From Eledone cirrhosa (taxonomy: Eukaryota): a stretch of DNA of 64,000 nt. Both the position numbers and the translations under genes were made by a program. Location of the stretch: the NCBI GenBank assembly GCA_964016885.1, contig OZ024760.1:7068001-7132000 (forward strand), given 5' to 3'. Positions 42,822-55,764 of this stretch are shown here, in pieces. The notes under the pieces were generated by a model. The model had not been told where the DNA came from. It did not search any database and worked only from the letters and a program-made list of their open reading frames with translations. Position 1 is the first letter of the stretch; every line of letters starts with the position of its first letter.

Positions 42822-43136
42822 AAATAAAGGATTATGAGTTCATGCAATTGACTTATGTTTCGTCACTATATATATATATATATATAACTTGTCCGTCTAA
42901 CCCATGCTAGCGTGGAAGAACGGACGTAAAACGGTGATGATGATGATGATATATATCCGGATTAAACTAGTCAGACTGTTATTCAACAGAGTGGTCGATA
43001 TTTGGGATTAGTAGATAGTTGTCGAAATGGCAGTTTAATAACCAGGTGGTGGTGGTTTATTTATTGTGAAAGCTCTTTCACCACACATTCTATGACCACC
43101 TCGGTGACTAATTTGTGACGTTGTGTGTTGTATATC

Positions 43137-43170
<34 letters not shown>

Positions 43171-43451
43171 CCCAAAAGTCAGCTCAAAAGTGACACACAG
43201 GAGACTGAGGTTAGCTGGACATGCTCACCGACATCCAGAGTTGACATTGCACTCAGTGCTCCTTTGGGAGCCCCTACATGGACACACTGGAAGAGGAAGA
43301 CCAAGGTTAACGTATGTTGATGCCCTAAGGACAGACACTGGTCTGTTGGAGACGCAGGACATGGCAGCGATAATGAGGGACAGAGACCGCTGGAGAGAAC
43401 TCATCCATGGATCTCGGGAATTTTACCTGCCTTAGAATAGAATAGAATAGA

Positions 43452-43482
<31 letters not shown>

Positions 43483-43523
43483 CATAATATATAAGAACAA
43501 AAGATGGTTAAAGGAGTTCCATG

Positions 43524-43594
43524 TATTTTATTATGCGCATTTCAAAAACAAATATCATCATGCAATAATATTTGTGTTTTCATCAGATAAAACA
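43524..43594 (-). ncRNA. Type I hammerhead ribozyme motif, family E
   Basis: Minus strand: tgttttat CTGATGA aaa-c-acaaatattatt-gcat-gatgatatttgt-t-ttt GAA ATGCGCAT A ataaaata. 8-bp stem I and perfectly palindromic stem III. Confidence 0.8.
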
Positions 43595-44039
43595 GGACGA
43601 CATGATATGAAGGCTAAAAAACACCCGTGGATAGTTCAGTTTAAAATCAACATATGAGAAGTAGTTTTAGATTGATGTGTGATATTGGGGAAAAAAATAT
43701 TTTATTTAGAGGGGGTGGGGGGTGGAAAGGATGAAAAAAAGAGATGAGAGTGAAGGTGGAGAGGGAGGAGTATAATGAGGAAGGATGAGATAGGAGGAGA
43801 GATGGGTGATAGAGAGAGAGAGATAGTTTTTATAACTGAGAAAGATATATTGTTTTACATAGAGAGGTTGAAAACCGTTGGAAGATAATGTATAAATAAA
43901 AAGTATACATATATTATGTATACTCCAGTCCTACAAACTGTAGAGTGCTTCTTATCCGATATCTGCATTGCTTTATTGTACTACAATAAAACTCACCTCC
44001 TACATATATATATATTTATATTTGTTTTTTTTTTTTCAG

Positions 44040-44336
44040 ATCCAGTTCTGTGTAACATTTGTCCACTCTGCCAATTCTATACGAGTGAAGTGTGACTTCC
44101 CAAGCTGGGGCAAATATCTGCTCACATCTTACATGATCCTCATGATCATACTGTTTAGCAACTTCTACATCCAGGCCTACATTAAGGGCAGACGGAACCC
44201 CAATGCAGCTGCTGCAGCAGCAGCGGCAGCAGCAGCAGCAGCCCCAGTAGACAAAACAGCAAATAACTATGGTAAAAAAAAGAAAGCCTCTCACAATGGC
44301 AGCGCTGTTAATGGAACTGTGAAAAAAGCTCAATAG
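44040..44336 (+). CDS. Elovl2/5: Fatty acid elongase, coding exon 6 (last)
   Basis: ttttcag| IQFCVTF...LFSNFYIQAY...A13...VKKAQ*. LFxNFY motif and C-terminal KKxx ER-retrieval signal. The six exons total 933 nt (310 aa plus stop). Confidence 0.96.
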   Translation: MQFCVTFVHSANSIRVKCDFPSWGKYLLTSYMILMIILFSNFYIQAYIKGRRNPNAAAAAAAAAAAAAPVDKTANNYGKKKKASHNGSAVNGTVKKAQ

Positions 44337-44349
44337 CCCCGTTGTTCAC

Positions 44350-44383
<34 letters not shown>

Positions 44384-44697
44384 TTTGCTTTTTTTTATAA
44401 TTAAATTTTTAAATATTTTTTTTTTTCCATTTTCTTGTTTCCAGTTTATATATATATTTTTTTTTAATTATTTGTTTGCTTCTTTTTTTTTTTTTTTTTA
44501 TTTGTTTTCTGTTTGTTTGCTTGTTTGTTTGTTTGTTTGTTTGTTTTTTAATTATTTTTTTATTATTTTATTTTATTTTTCTGTGTTTTGTTAACCTTAT
44601 ACTTCAGGGTATGACTCATTAAAACAGTTTATATAATTAAAGCATGACTTGAATTTTTGAAAATATATAACATTGATAATGATCGACCCTTGTGGCC

Positions 44698-44703
44698 AAT
44701 AAA
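44698..44703 (+). promoter_or_regulatory. Candidate polyadenylation signal of the elongase
   Basis: First AATAAA I found after the stop codon; weak evidence in such AT-rich sequence. Confidence 0.3.
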
Positions 44704-46984
44704 TGAAATCATAATAATAATAATAATAATAATGATAATAATGATGATGATAATGATAATGATAATAATGTTATAATATATTCATTTAAAAATTTTTTTT
44801 TTTTTTTTTTTTTCGTGTAATTAACTCTACTACAAGAACTCTCTAGAAGAAGAAGAACCATTTATAGCGGCAAAATATCAGTATTGTTTGAGGGAGGGTC
44901 TGGACAGAATGCTTTTGTAGCATTAGTTTCGGCTCTCTGCAACTCTCTGGGTTCAAATGTCGCCAAGGGTCAACGTTGCCTTTCATCCTATTCCTATCTG
45001 GGTGGGGAGGGAGAGGGGGGGGGGGGCATAAAATAATGTACCGTACCGGTCAAATGTGGCAATGGTGGTGGTGGTGGTGGTGGTAGACAGGTGAATTTGT
45101 TTGGCCTCCTGGGTGTGTGACTTGGCTCTTTTACGCTCTCTGAGTTTCAATCCCACCAAGGTCAACTTTGCCTTTCATCCTATAGGGAGGTGGGGGGTGC
45201 GGACGGGACGGGGAAGGGGGTGGTGGTGGTGGTTAGATAAAACAAAGTATCAGTCATAAGGGACGACAGTGGAATTTGTTTAGGGTCACTGGATGTGATG
45301 CCTTGTGGTATTTCTTCATGGCTCTTTACACTCTCTGGGGAGTTCAAATCCCACCAAGGTCAGCATTGCCTTTCATCCTACGAGTGGGGTGGGGGGTGGG
45401 GGGGGTCGATAAACTAAAGTACCATACCGGTCAAAGGTGGTGGTGGTGGTAGTAGTGGTTTCAGAGGTGAATTGGTGGAATTTGATTTGCTGGATGTGAC
45501 CACTCTCTCCAACTCTGTTTCAATTCCTCCAAGGTCAAGGTTGCCTTTGATCCTATCAGGGGCTGTGTCAATAAGATAAACAGCATCTTTGTGGAGGTGA
45601 TGGACTGGTGGAATCTGTTTGGCTGCTGGATATAATGCCTTGCTGTATTTCTCTCTGGCTTCTTACTGAATTTGAATCCCGCCATGGTCAACTTTACCTT
45701 TCATCCTTTTTTTTTGGGAGGGGGATAAAATAAAGAAATGTGGCAATGGTGGATTGGTGAACTGGTTTGAAAGGTGTCATGTGGTATCTAATGCAAACCT
45801 TTGTATTCTAAGTTCACCTGTGTACATCACAGGGGCCAAACATATTGGCACCTCTTGCCTTGACTGTTGGACTACATTATTTGTGTCCAGTAATGCACTG
45901 GGTAATTGCTGGCCTTGTGCCTAAAGTAGAAACAATTATTTGTGTCACAGAGGGTGGCATGCATCAGCGACTACAGCTGGTCTGCCTTGAAAATATAAAA
46001 AAAAATTTATAGAAATAAATTTACAAAACAAATTTTGTTTTCTTTCCTCTGGGAGGTGGTGATGCACCTTTGAAGAACTTTCCATATCCATGGTCAGACT
46101 CAAGTGAGACACACACACACACATAAAGAAGGGGTGGGCTTTACACAAAAACCCGTTGGCTAATAAGACTGCACCCTCCCCCTAACTTTCCTATCACCAC
46201 CGCTTCACTAATTTGCAGGAATGTCCAACTTCGTAAGAAAAAAAAAGACTTTCCTCCCTCCCCCTGGAGCTGGTGGTGCACCTTTAACCTCTTTAGTGCC
46301 ACAGACAAGATAACTCGTCCTACATGTTTGAACTCTTTTCAAACATTTCATAACTTCAAAGTTATGAACTCGTTTCCAACAGTTCACAGCTTCAAAGCTA
46401 GATGGAGTTACTAGTTTATTGATGTGACGTTTGTCAATCAAAATATTCTTTTTACTGAAATCAAACCTGGCACATCAACTGTACCTGTGTAAAATAAACA
46501 TGGCAGTCAGCAGGTTAAAGAGAAGCTTCCCAAATACAGATCCATGGTCAATTTAGCAAAGGCACAGATAGACACATAGATAGAGAGAGGGAGGGGACTT
46601 GACACAAGAACAGTTGGTTAATAAGATTACACCCACCCCAACTTCCACCACCACCAACAACACTTCACTAACTTGCAGGAATTTCCTACTTAGTAAAAAC
46701 AAAACAAAAAAAAAGATCATAAAAAAAAATAAATATATAAAAGCAGCTGTCATTTTTTATAGAAAAGAAAATTTAAAAAAATTATAAACCCAACAAAAAA
46801 CTGGATGAAATCTGGAAAAAAATGTGAAGGAAAGAAGAAAGAAGAAAGTTCCATTTTTCAGGTTTTCTGAAAGTATTATTATAATCCCATAGAATTAAAA
46901 TTAGATTGTTGAATAAATATATTTTATTGTATTTTTCTGTGTACATAATTTCATACATACATACACATACACCACACCCACACG

Positions 46985-47028
<44 letters not shown>

Positions 47029-47209
47029 CACACACAGCCCTCCACCTTTACCCCCCCCCCCCCCCATATATATGTATATATGTAAACATATACGTATATA
47101 TGTAAACATATACGTATATATGTAAACATATACGTATATATGTAAATATATACATGTATATGTAAATATATACATGTATATGTAAATATATACATGTATA
47201 TGTAAATAT

Positions 47210-47241
<32 letters not shown>

Positions 47242-48424
47242 ATGACTAGTTGTTCTATTTCACTGCAATGGCCTTGTTTTTGACACTAAACCTGTAAAGA
47301 GAAAAAAAAAGTGAAAGGAAGTAGTTAAAAAGAAATATACTTAGACACATACATACACCCTTGCCAAAACACACACACGCACACACATACACCCTCACCA
47401 AGACACACACGCACACATACACCCTCACCAAAACACAGACATGCACACACACATACACCCTTGCCAAAACAGACACACGCACACGCACGCACACACATAC
47501 ACTCTCACCAAAAGAGATATACATGCAAGAACACACACACCCACACCACACCACACCACACCACACCACACACCCTCTCACAAACGCACATTCATATACA
47601 CACACACACACTTGGATACTCTCACAAACGCACATTCATATACACACGCTCACATATTCAAAAGCACACACACTTTCCCCCACACACTTGCTTGCTGATC
47701 TGTTTGTTGTGTCTACATCATGTCATGTGTGTGTATATAAAAATGAGAAAACTCACTAGAACAGCAATTTAAAACAGCTAAATGCTGTCAAAGACAGCGA
47801 TGGGCCAATATGCCTCAGAGGGCAGTGACCAACGGTCAACAGAGACTCCATAAGGTGGGTGACAGGCAGATGAAATATAGAAAAGATTGAAAGAGGACAA
47901 GGAAAAGTGTGTTGGACCAGAAGAGGAAATAAAGGTGATGTACAAAACAAGTTGACATACACATCACCGTCATCAGCTCTCAAGCCAGAAAAATGGTTTC
48001 ATGCGATTTAATTGAGAGTACCATTTTAAAATGCTGGATTGTGCTACAGAAAAATAAATCTTTCTGCTGATAGGATGTGTGTGTGGTAAAATAATCAGCA
48101 CGGATAGACTGACGAAAGAAACCAAAGAAAAGAATCTATGGTGTCTCTTAAATAGAAAGCAAATTTGCATACTGAATGATTTATGGTTGGCTTTGTTGAA
48201 AATTGAAAACAAAATTTGTTTTTGCTCTAACATGGTAGATACCTAAATGTATTCATGAAAATATTTGTTGCTGGAATAAAGGATATGTATATATATATAT
48301 ACATACACACACACACATATATCATGTATGTATATATATCATGTATGTATGTATATATATATATGTATATATTATGTATGTATGTATATATATATATATA
48401 TATATATCATTTATGTTATGTGTG

Positions 48425-48497
<73 letters not shown>

Positions 48498-48564
48498 GCC
48501 AGATGGTGCTATTAAGTTAGGCATGGCTGGGCCGAAATCTATCAAAGTTATATGTATGTATATC

Positions 48565-48598
<34 letters not shown>

Positions 48599-48627
48599 GT
48601 GTATATATATATATATGTGTGTGTGTG

Positions 48628-48684
<57 letters not shown>

Positions 48685-48892
48685 GCGTTGGCGCGCGCGC
48701 AGTCCTATACGAGCGAGACATGGTCACCTGACCAATCTTGCCTCAAGTGGGACAATCCTGCATGTCCCATGGTAACGTGGAAGATGGACGTTAAACGATG
48801 GTGGATGTATATGTATGTGCTGTACAGGTTTGAGACTTGGACACTGACCAAAGGACTCACTTAGATGGTGGACGGGTGTTAGACAAGAATGC

Positions 48893-49690
48893 TGAGGATG
48901 GCTCTGTAGATTAACCAATATACACTGAGGATGGCTCTGTAGATTAACCAATATACACTGAGGATGGCTCTGTAGATTAACCAATATACACTGAGGATGG
49001 CTCTGTAGATTAACCAGTATACACTGAGGATGGCTCTGTAGATTAACCAATATACACTGAGGATGGCTCTGTAGATTAACCAATATACACTGAGGATGGC
49101 TCTGTAGATTAACCAATATACACTGAGGATGGCTCTGTAGATTAACCAATATACACTGAGGATGGCTCTGTAGATTAACCAATATACACTGAGGATGGCT
49201 CTGTAGATTAACCAATATACACTGAGGATGGCTCTGTAGATTAACCAATATACACTGAGGATGGCTCTGTAGATTAACCAATATACACTGAGGATGGCTC
49301 TGTAGATTAACCAATATACACTGAGGATGGCTCTGTAGATTAACCAATATACACTGAGGATGGCTCTGTAGATTAACCAATATACACTGAGGATGGCTCT
49401 GTAGATTAACCAATATACACTGAGGATGGCTCTGTAGATTAACCAATATACACTGAGGATGGCTCTGTAGATTAACCAATATACACAGGATGGCTCTGTA
49501 GATTAACCAATATACACTGAGGATGGCTCTGTAGATTAACCAATATGCACTGAGGATGGCTCTGTAGATTAACCAATATGCACTGAGGATGGCTCTGTAG
49601 ATTAACCAATATGCACTGAGGATGGCTCTGTAGATTAACCAATATGCACTGAGGATGGCTCTGTAGATTAACCAATATACACTGAGGATG
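48893..49690. repeat. 33-bp tandem minisatellite, about 24 copies, inside an RTE LINE fragment
   Basis: Unit ctgaggatggctctgtagattaaccaatataca; LINE coding remnants continue on both sides. Confidence 0.95.
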
Positions 49691-50005
49691 AAGAATTCAG
49701 AGCTGTTACGGGAGCCTCCCAAAAGTTAGATCGAAAGTGAGACAGGGGAGACTGAGGTTAGCTGGACATGCTCACCGACATCCAGAGTTGACACTGCACT
49801 CAGTGCTCCTGTGGAGCTCCTACACGGGAAGCGGAAGACCAAGGATGACATGTTGATGCCCTCAGGACAGACACTGGTCTCTGGGAGATGCGGGATATAG
49901 TGACGAGGATGAAGGACAGAGACCGCTGGAGAGAACTTGTCCATGGATCTCGGGGGGGGGGGGGGGGAATTTTACCCGCCCTAGATATGTATGTATGTAT
50001 GTATA

Positions 50006-50039
<34 letters not shown>

Positions 50040-50043
50040 TATG

Positions 50044-50075
<32 letters not shown>

Positions 50076-50085
50076 TATATATGTG

Positions 50086-50117
<32 letters not shown>

Positions 50118-50149
50118 TATGTGTATGTATGTATGTATGTATATATATG

Positions 50150-50181
<32 letters not shown>

Positions 50182-50205
50182 TATATATATATATGTGTAT
50201 GTATG

Positions 50206-50237
<32 letters not shown>

Positions 50238-50477
50238 TATATGTATGTATATATATATATATATGTGTATGTATGTATATATATGTGTATGTATGTATGT
50301 ATATATATGTGTATGTATGTATGTATATATATATGTGTATGTATGTATGTATATATATATGTGTGTATATGTATGTATGTATGTATATGTATGTATGTAT
50401 GTATATATATATATGTATGTATATATATATATGTATGTATATATATATATGTATGTATGTATGTATATATATGTATG

Positions 50478-50506
<29 letters not shown>

Positions 50507-50508
<2 letters not shown>

Positions 50509-52457
50509 TTTCTCTTTCTCTTAATTTCGAGTATATTTTTTTGACCGGCCACCTTCCTGGTGGCAAGGTTGTAAAAGAAGAGAAATTGTCATCCCTTGAA
50601 TCGCAAGAATGTTTTGCATATTTTGAAGGTGCCAGCTATCGCAGCCATTTGTAGACTATGAATTAGGGAGCTGCGCTTTTTGTCCGCAAATCCAAGTTCG
50701 GTCATACTTTGGTCCAAGCGGGTTGGTATATAACCCGTAGCACCAATAATGATGGGTATGAAGCTAAAGGTGTATCTTGGATACTGGATTTGTAAACTCC
50801 TCATCAATGGTCCGTAGATGTCCTCCTTCTCCTGTATTTTTCTGACAACGTTTACATCAAGTGGGCAGCTGATCTCCACAACAGAACACGTTTTCAATGT
50901 GTGGTCCCAAACTACAATATCAGGCCGGTTGTGCTTTAATTTGGTGGCAGTTTTTATTTTCAGGTTCCACCAGTATTCCTTAGTGCCATCTGTCTCAATA
51001 TATTCTTCCTCGTTTGTTGTTAATTTTGTTTTCCGAAGTGCGTTCCAGATAGTTCTAGCTATCCCATCGTGTCTCATGGGGAGGTAGTAGCGAGATGACA
51101 TTCTTTCGCAGCTGGCAACAATGTGGCTTACATCCTCGATCTTTGTTTTACATAGCCTACATTTATTGTCAGCTGCTGGCCCTCCTCTTTTGTGCAGCAG
51201 ATATTTGGTAGGGAGTTCTTGTTCCTGTATTGCATAGAGATATCCCTCAAGGTGTGATGTCATAAACTTGTCGGAACTCCATGCCAGGCTTTTTGAGTGG
51301 TTTATCCCCTCTATGGTCTGTGTTTTACGCCTCAAGTATCCATGCACAACTTTCTCTGTAAATTGGTCAATTTTTTTTTCTTGTTTGAACATTGAATAGG
51401 ATCTTCCGATTTCTCTGGGTGAGAGATTTATATCAGGCTTTATTCCATATCTCTCCTCCAGATCAGTCGCTATTCTAATGATATTTCTTTTTTCATGCTC
51501 ATAAACCTGAGCAAGATGGTCGCCAACCTTTTTCCTCTGTTGAAGGTGTTGCTTCAGTGTTACTATCCGGGTCTCATATGTTGTTAATATTGATTTTAGA
51601 CCCCGGCCACCTTCCTTGCGTGAGAAGTATAGCCTATCCACATCACCATTGATGTTAAAGTTCCCAGTAACACTGAGAAGTTTACGAGTTCTAACATCCA
51701 TCTCACTTAGTTCTTGCAATGTACTGACAAGCTATCACCCTGAAAGATGCCCCTCTGGTAATGTATCCTATCGGTCTTAACCTGCTCCTTCTCACCTCTA
51801 AGGATCAAATTGGTGTACCAGTTCTTGGTCAGGCGTTCAACAGCAGCTACTAATGGTTGTGGGACTTTAGCTAACTGTAAAGCCTTAATAATCCACCCAT
51901 GAGGTACACTATCAAATGCTTTTTGATAGTCCAGCCACACGACAGTCATGTTTCTGCGATTCTTTGTTGTTTTTTCCTGAATCATTTTGTTAGTTAGTAG
52001 GTGATCTATGCAACCCCACACCTCCCTCTTTCCACCAGCTTGCTCAGGTGTTATGATGTTGTTGGTAGCACAGTGATCCTGTAAGAACAGGTTAAGGCAC
52101 CCAGTATATAATTTATACATGATGTTTTGGCAGGCAATTGGGCGGTAATTTTTAGCAAGGGTGGTTTGGCTATTTTTGGGAATGAGGAGAGTAGTGGCAG
52201 TTGATAACCATCTGGGCAGTTCTTGTGTGCCCTTAATGGTTTCTGTAAACAGCCGTATGAGATCTTGCCGATAGAAAGTGAAATTCTTCAACCAGTATCC
52301 TGTAATGAGGTCTGGGCCTGGCGATTTCCTATTCGACATTTTCTGTAGAGCTGTTTCCAGTATTGACCCATCTATGTCATATTGTTTTGTCTGGACATGT
52401 TGGCAGTAGTCCTGTTCCAGTTGTTTTAGCCAATTAGCTTGTCTGTTGAATCCGTCT
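50507..52457 (-). mobile_element. R4/Dong-like non-LTR retrotransposon with restriction-like endonuclease; 5'-truncated and internally deleted
   Basis: RT motifs KSPGPD, NYRPIAC, WLDYQKAFDSVPH, GIFQGDSLS; then RLY..RKEGGRGL, CRLC..H..C zinc knuckle, RHD, PD..D and E RLE motifs. The YxDD segment is missing at about 51720. Flanked by (TATG)n. Confidence 0.85.
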
Positions 52458-52920
52458 GTATGTATGTATGTATGTATGTATGTATGTATGTATGTATGTA
52501 TGTATATATATGTGTATGTATGTATGTATATATATATATGTGTATGTATGTATGTGTATGTATGTATATTCTAAACCACCCAATTTAGAATAGGTAGGTA
52601 CACTGTATCCCTCTCTGTTATAAGAAGCAACTAAAAGGTTAGTGTTCAGGATGGGCATCTGGCTGTAAAACATTGCCTCACAAAGTCCTATCCAACCCAT
52701 GCCAGCATAGTTAGTGAGAAAGTTAGTGAAAGAAGAATGTTTGTGAGGGGATACTGATATATGTAAAAAATAATGAAAAGTTCAGTCATGCAAAGAAATG
52801 TGCGTGGGGAATTTCATATAATATACACACGTATTTCTCTGGAAAATGATTTGCCTATTCACCCAAAGCGACTTCACTTTTTATTAGGACTTCTGCAATA
52901 ATTGGTGAACATATGACGAA

Positions 52921-52993
52921 ACTGTTTCAGAAAGAGGGATAAACATGCCAATCTATGTTTAGAATCCCGAGCAACGACCGGTCATTCTGCTAG
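52921..52993 (+). mobile_element. Helitron-like 3' end
   Basis: cccgagcaacgaccgg...CTAG|t; matches 28235-28310. Confidence 0.55.
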
Positions 52994-53013
52994 TATATAT
53001 ATATATATATATA

Positions 53014-53116
53014 TAGGAAAAGAGTCAGAACCCTGACGGCTGAGCTCTGGCTGTTTCGACAGCTGTCGAAATATTCGAAGCTCAGTCAGATGTCGGGTGT
53101 CCTGACTCTTTTCCTA
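53014..53116. repeat. Imperfect palindrome, family H
   Basis: taggaaaagagtcag ... tttcgacagctgtcgaaa ... ctgactcttttccta. Confidence 0.8.
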
Positions 53117-53960
53117 TTACCCACTCTACTACCCTAAGTATTGAGTACTCTGGTGCCTTGTGCCAAACGCTCTCTTACTGCATTAAGTGTGGCAGAAACT
53201 CGAGTACAGATATAAATTTATGGTACCTATTTATGGTATCAAGGCAAATAACTTTGTGTCTACTCTGGGATTTATACATAACCTTACCTATTGAGTACGC
53301 TGGGAAACCTTATGCTAGTCCTGTTTACTTATTATATATATATATATGACAGTCAATCAACAAGATCCCAGACCTCATTCGAGTCGGGTGAAGCTCGTCA
53401 AATCGGACCAAGGAAACAATGTTTCCATTGGTCTTTCCAATTGCTGATACTATTATATCTACTGGTTGCAAATCCAGGTAGAAGAAGCAAGTGAAATAAA
53501 GTGTCTTGCTCAAGGACATAACACATCGCCCGGTCTGGGAATCAAGCTCACAACGTCACAATTGTAAATCCAATTCTCAAACCACTCAGCCACGCGCCTT
53601 CACTAAATATATCATCATCATGTCTATCTTCCATGCTAGCATGGGTTAGACCGGAATTGTCCCACACGAGGCTAGATTGATCGGGTGGCTGTGTCTCGCT
53701 CGTTTAGGACTGTATCTGGCAGGTTTTCTACGGCTGGATGCCCTTCCTAACACCAACCACATTTACAGTGTGAACTGGGAGACTTTTTACCGTCTCTCCT
53801 CCACGATATTAATATATTAATATACGTCTAGAGCGTTCATCAGACAGATGTTATGAATAGAAAATATGAAATGAGATTTAAAATCTGTTAAAAATTGGAA
53901 GTGAGGCTGGAAAAAATATATAAAAAAGATTATATAACAATTCATATTTTCTATTTATAA

Positions 53961-54026
53961 CATCTCTGATGAACGATCTAGACGTATATTAATACTGTCT
54001 GGGATCCTGAAACCTTTGGTAATGGA
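53961..54026 (+). ncRNA. Hammerhead motif, family F, probably damaged
   Basis: CTGATGA, long imperfect stem II, GAA ACCTTTGGT A atgga. Stem I needs tctgt, which is present in the inverted partial copy at 53837-53848 but 2 nt shorter here. Confidence 0.5.
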
Positions 54027-54815
54027 GTAGTTATATATTGTGTTGTTCACTTTCTACTTAAATAGCTCTGTTCTATACATAGAGCACTCTTTTTTTCCTT
54101 TGCTTTTTCTTCGGAATTACCTAACACACACACACATATATACAGCCACAAATAACTAAAAAAAAAGCAGATGAGTGAGCGGAGAGATGGAGGTGGGGGG
54201 TGAAAAGAAGGAAGAAGAGAGCGAGAGTGAAGTTGAGGAGGGGTATGGGAGCGGAGTGATATCTGAACTCAATTCCTCAGAGAATGTAGGACGACCAACG
54301 CCAACAGTTGATTACACTATACACAAAAGCTGTCTCTTTTAATAATAACCCCCATTGTTATGCAAATATAATATAATTGAAGCGTTTGTCTGTCTTTTGT
54401 TTCCAGTGTTCACGTTTAAAGTAATAAAAACAAAATAAAAAAATAAAGAGACAAGCATAATAACAATTTAAAAAAAAAGCCCACTAGCCATGTCTGTCGT
54501 AAATGAAGATGTTAAAACGATGTTAGCGGCTAAACTGTTACTTTCTAAACACCTATTCTAGCATAACATGACAGGTCTTGCACCTGAAATAAACCTAGTC
54601 GTTAGATAATGATACTGATAGAGGGTGTTTTTTTTTTTCTCGAAGCATGTAGGAGAATCGTGAGAGCCAGAAGCAGCAAAGACAGTGTAATGTGTGTATA
54701 TATATATAAGGGTTAAAATACTGGAGCGTGTTGGAGTTAAACACGCTCTTCGTATTATAGAAATGACAGTAAAAGCTATAGCTCAATGTAGTTAAACAGA
54801 GCCGAAGAAATATAT

Positions 54816-54846
<31 letters not shown>

Positions 54847-54887
54847 CGATATTAAACAAATGGAAACTATATTTATAAAACCATATT

Positions 54888-54953
54888 TATTTCGTTATAT
54901 ATATTTCTGGGATATCATATTAAAAATATGTTATGCCTTCCTCAGACAAAATA
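54888..54953 (-). ncRNA. Type I hammerhead motif, family G
   Basis: tattttgt CTGAGGA aggcata..tatccca GAA ATATATAT A acgaaata. Confidence 0.7.
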
Positions 54954-55190
54954 CAATACATAAGCTGTTTTATAAATAATTAGTGACATACCTTGTGATA
55001 AGGTATGATTATATTATATTAATGATTATATATATATATATATAAAAGCATGAGAAGAAAGAAGAATACTGCGTGGTTGCACATGGGTTACATATGATAA
55101 AATTAGTCCCTCGTCAGTGATTTGCCAACCATCATTGATATTTCATCGCATTAAAAATCATATATATATATATATGTGTGTATATATATG

Positions 55191-55226
<36 letters not shown>

Positions 55227-55617
55227 AAAGAGTATGACCCCGACGGCAGAGCTCAAGCCGTTTCGACGGCTATTTCTGGACTAAATCTAAATTAGAACTT
55301 TTAGCCTAGTGAATAAATATCCGAACTTGTCAAGGGGGTACTTCCTTATATGGGAAGATTGTAGTTGTCAAGAGGATTGGTTAAAATTTGTTGTAAACAC
55401 GAATAAGTCTATCATGGCATTTGGTGAGAGGTAGGGGTGGCTGAACTTGCCTTGTAGAGCAATAGGGGAGTGAGTGTATAGAACAGCTATTTAATTAGAA
55501 AGTGAACATAATATATAACTACTCCATTACCAAAGGTTTCTGGATCTCAGACAATATTGTCTAGGAGTCCTGAAACCTTTGGTAATGGAATAGCTATATA
55601 TTGTGTTGTTCACTTTC

Positions 55618-55660
<43 letters not shown>

Positions 55661-55699
55661 GATATTAATAAATGGAAACTATATTTATAAAAACATATT

Positions 55700-55764
55700 T
55701 ATTTCATTATACATATTTCAGGGATACCAAATTAAATTATGGTATGCCTTCATCAGACAAAATA
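55700..55764 (-). ncRNA. Type I hammerhead motif, family G (left arm)
   Basis: Reverse complement of 55889-55953. Confidence 0.72.

Noticed and set aside
47960-47985. AGC-TGA-T as an antizyme-like +1 frameshift, or TGATGA as a C box
   Set aside because: The downstream frame has no antizyme similarity, and no terminal stem forms with a D box.
48893-49690. Tandem CTGAGGA motifs suggesting a retrozyme-like hammerhead array
   Set aside because: The unit has no GAAA or stems; it is slipped LINE coding sequence (LRM).
55085-55120. Minus-strand CTGACGA followed by catatg-TA
   Set aside because: The GAAA, the 3' half of stem II and stem I pairing are missing; at most a decayed relic.
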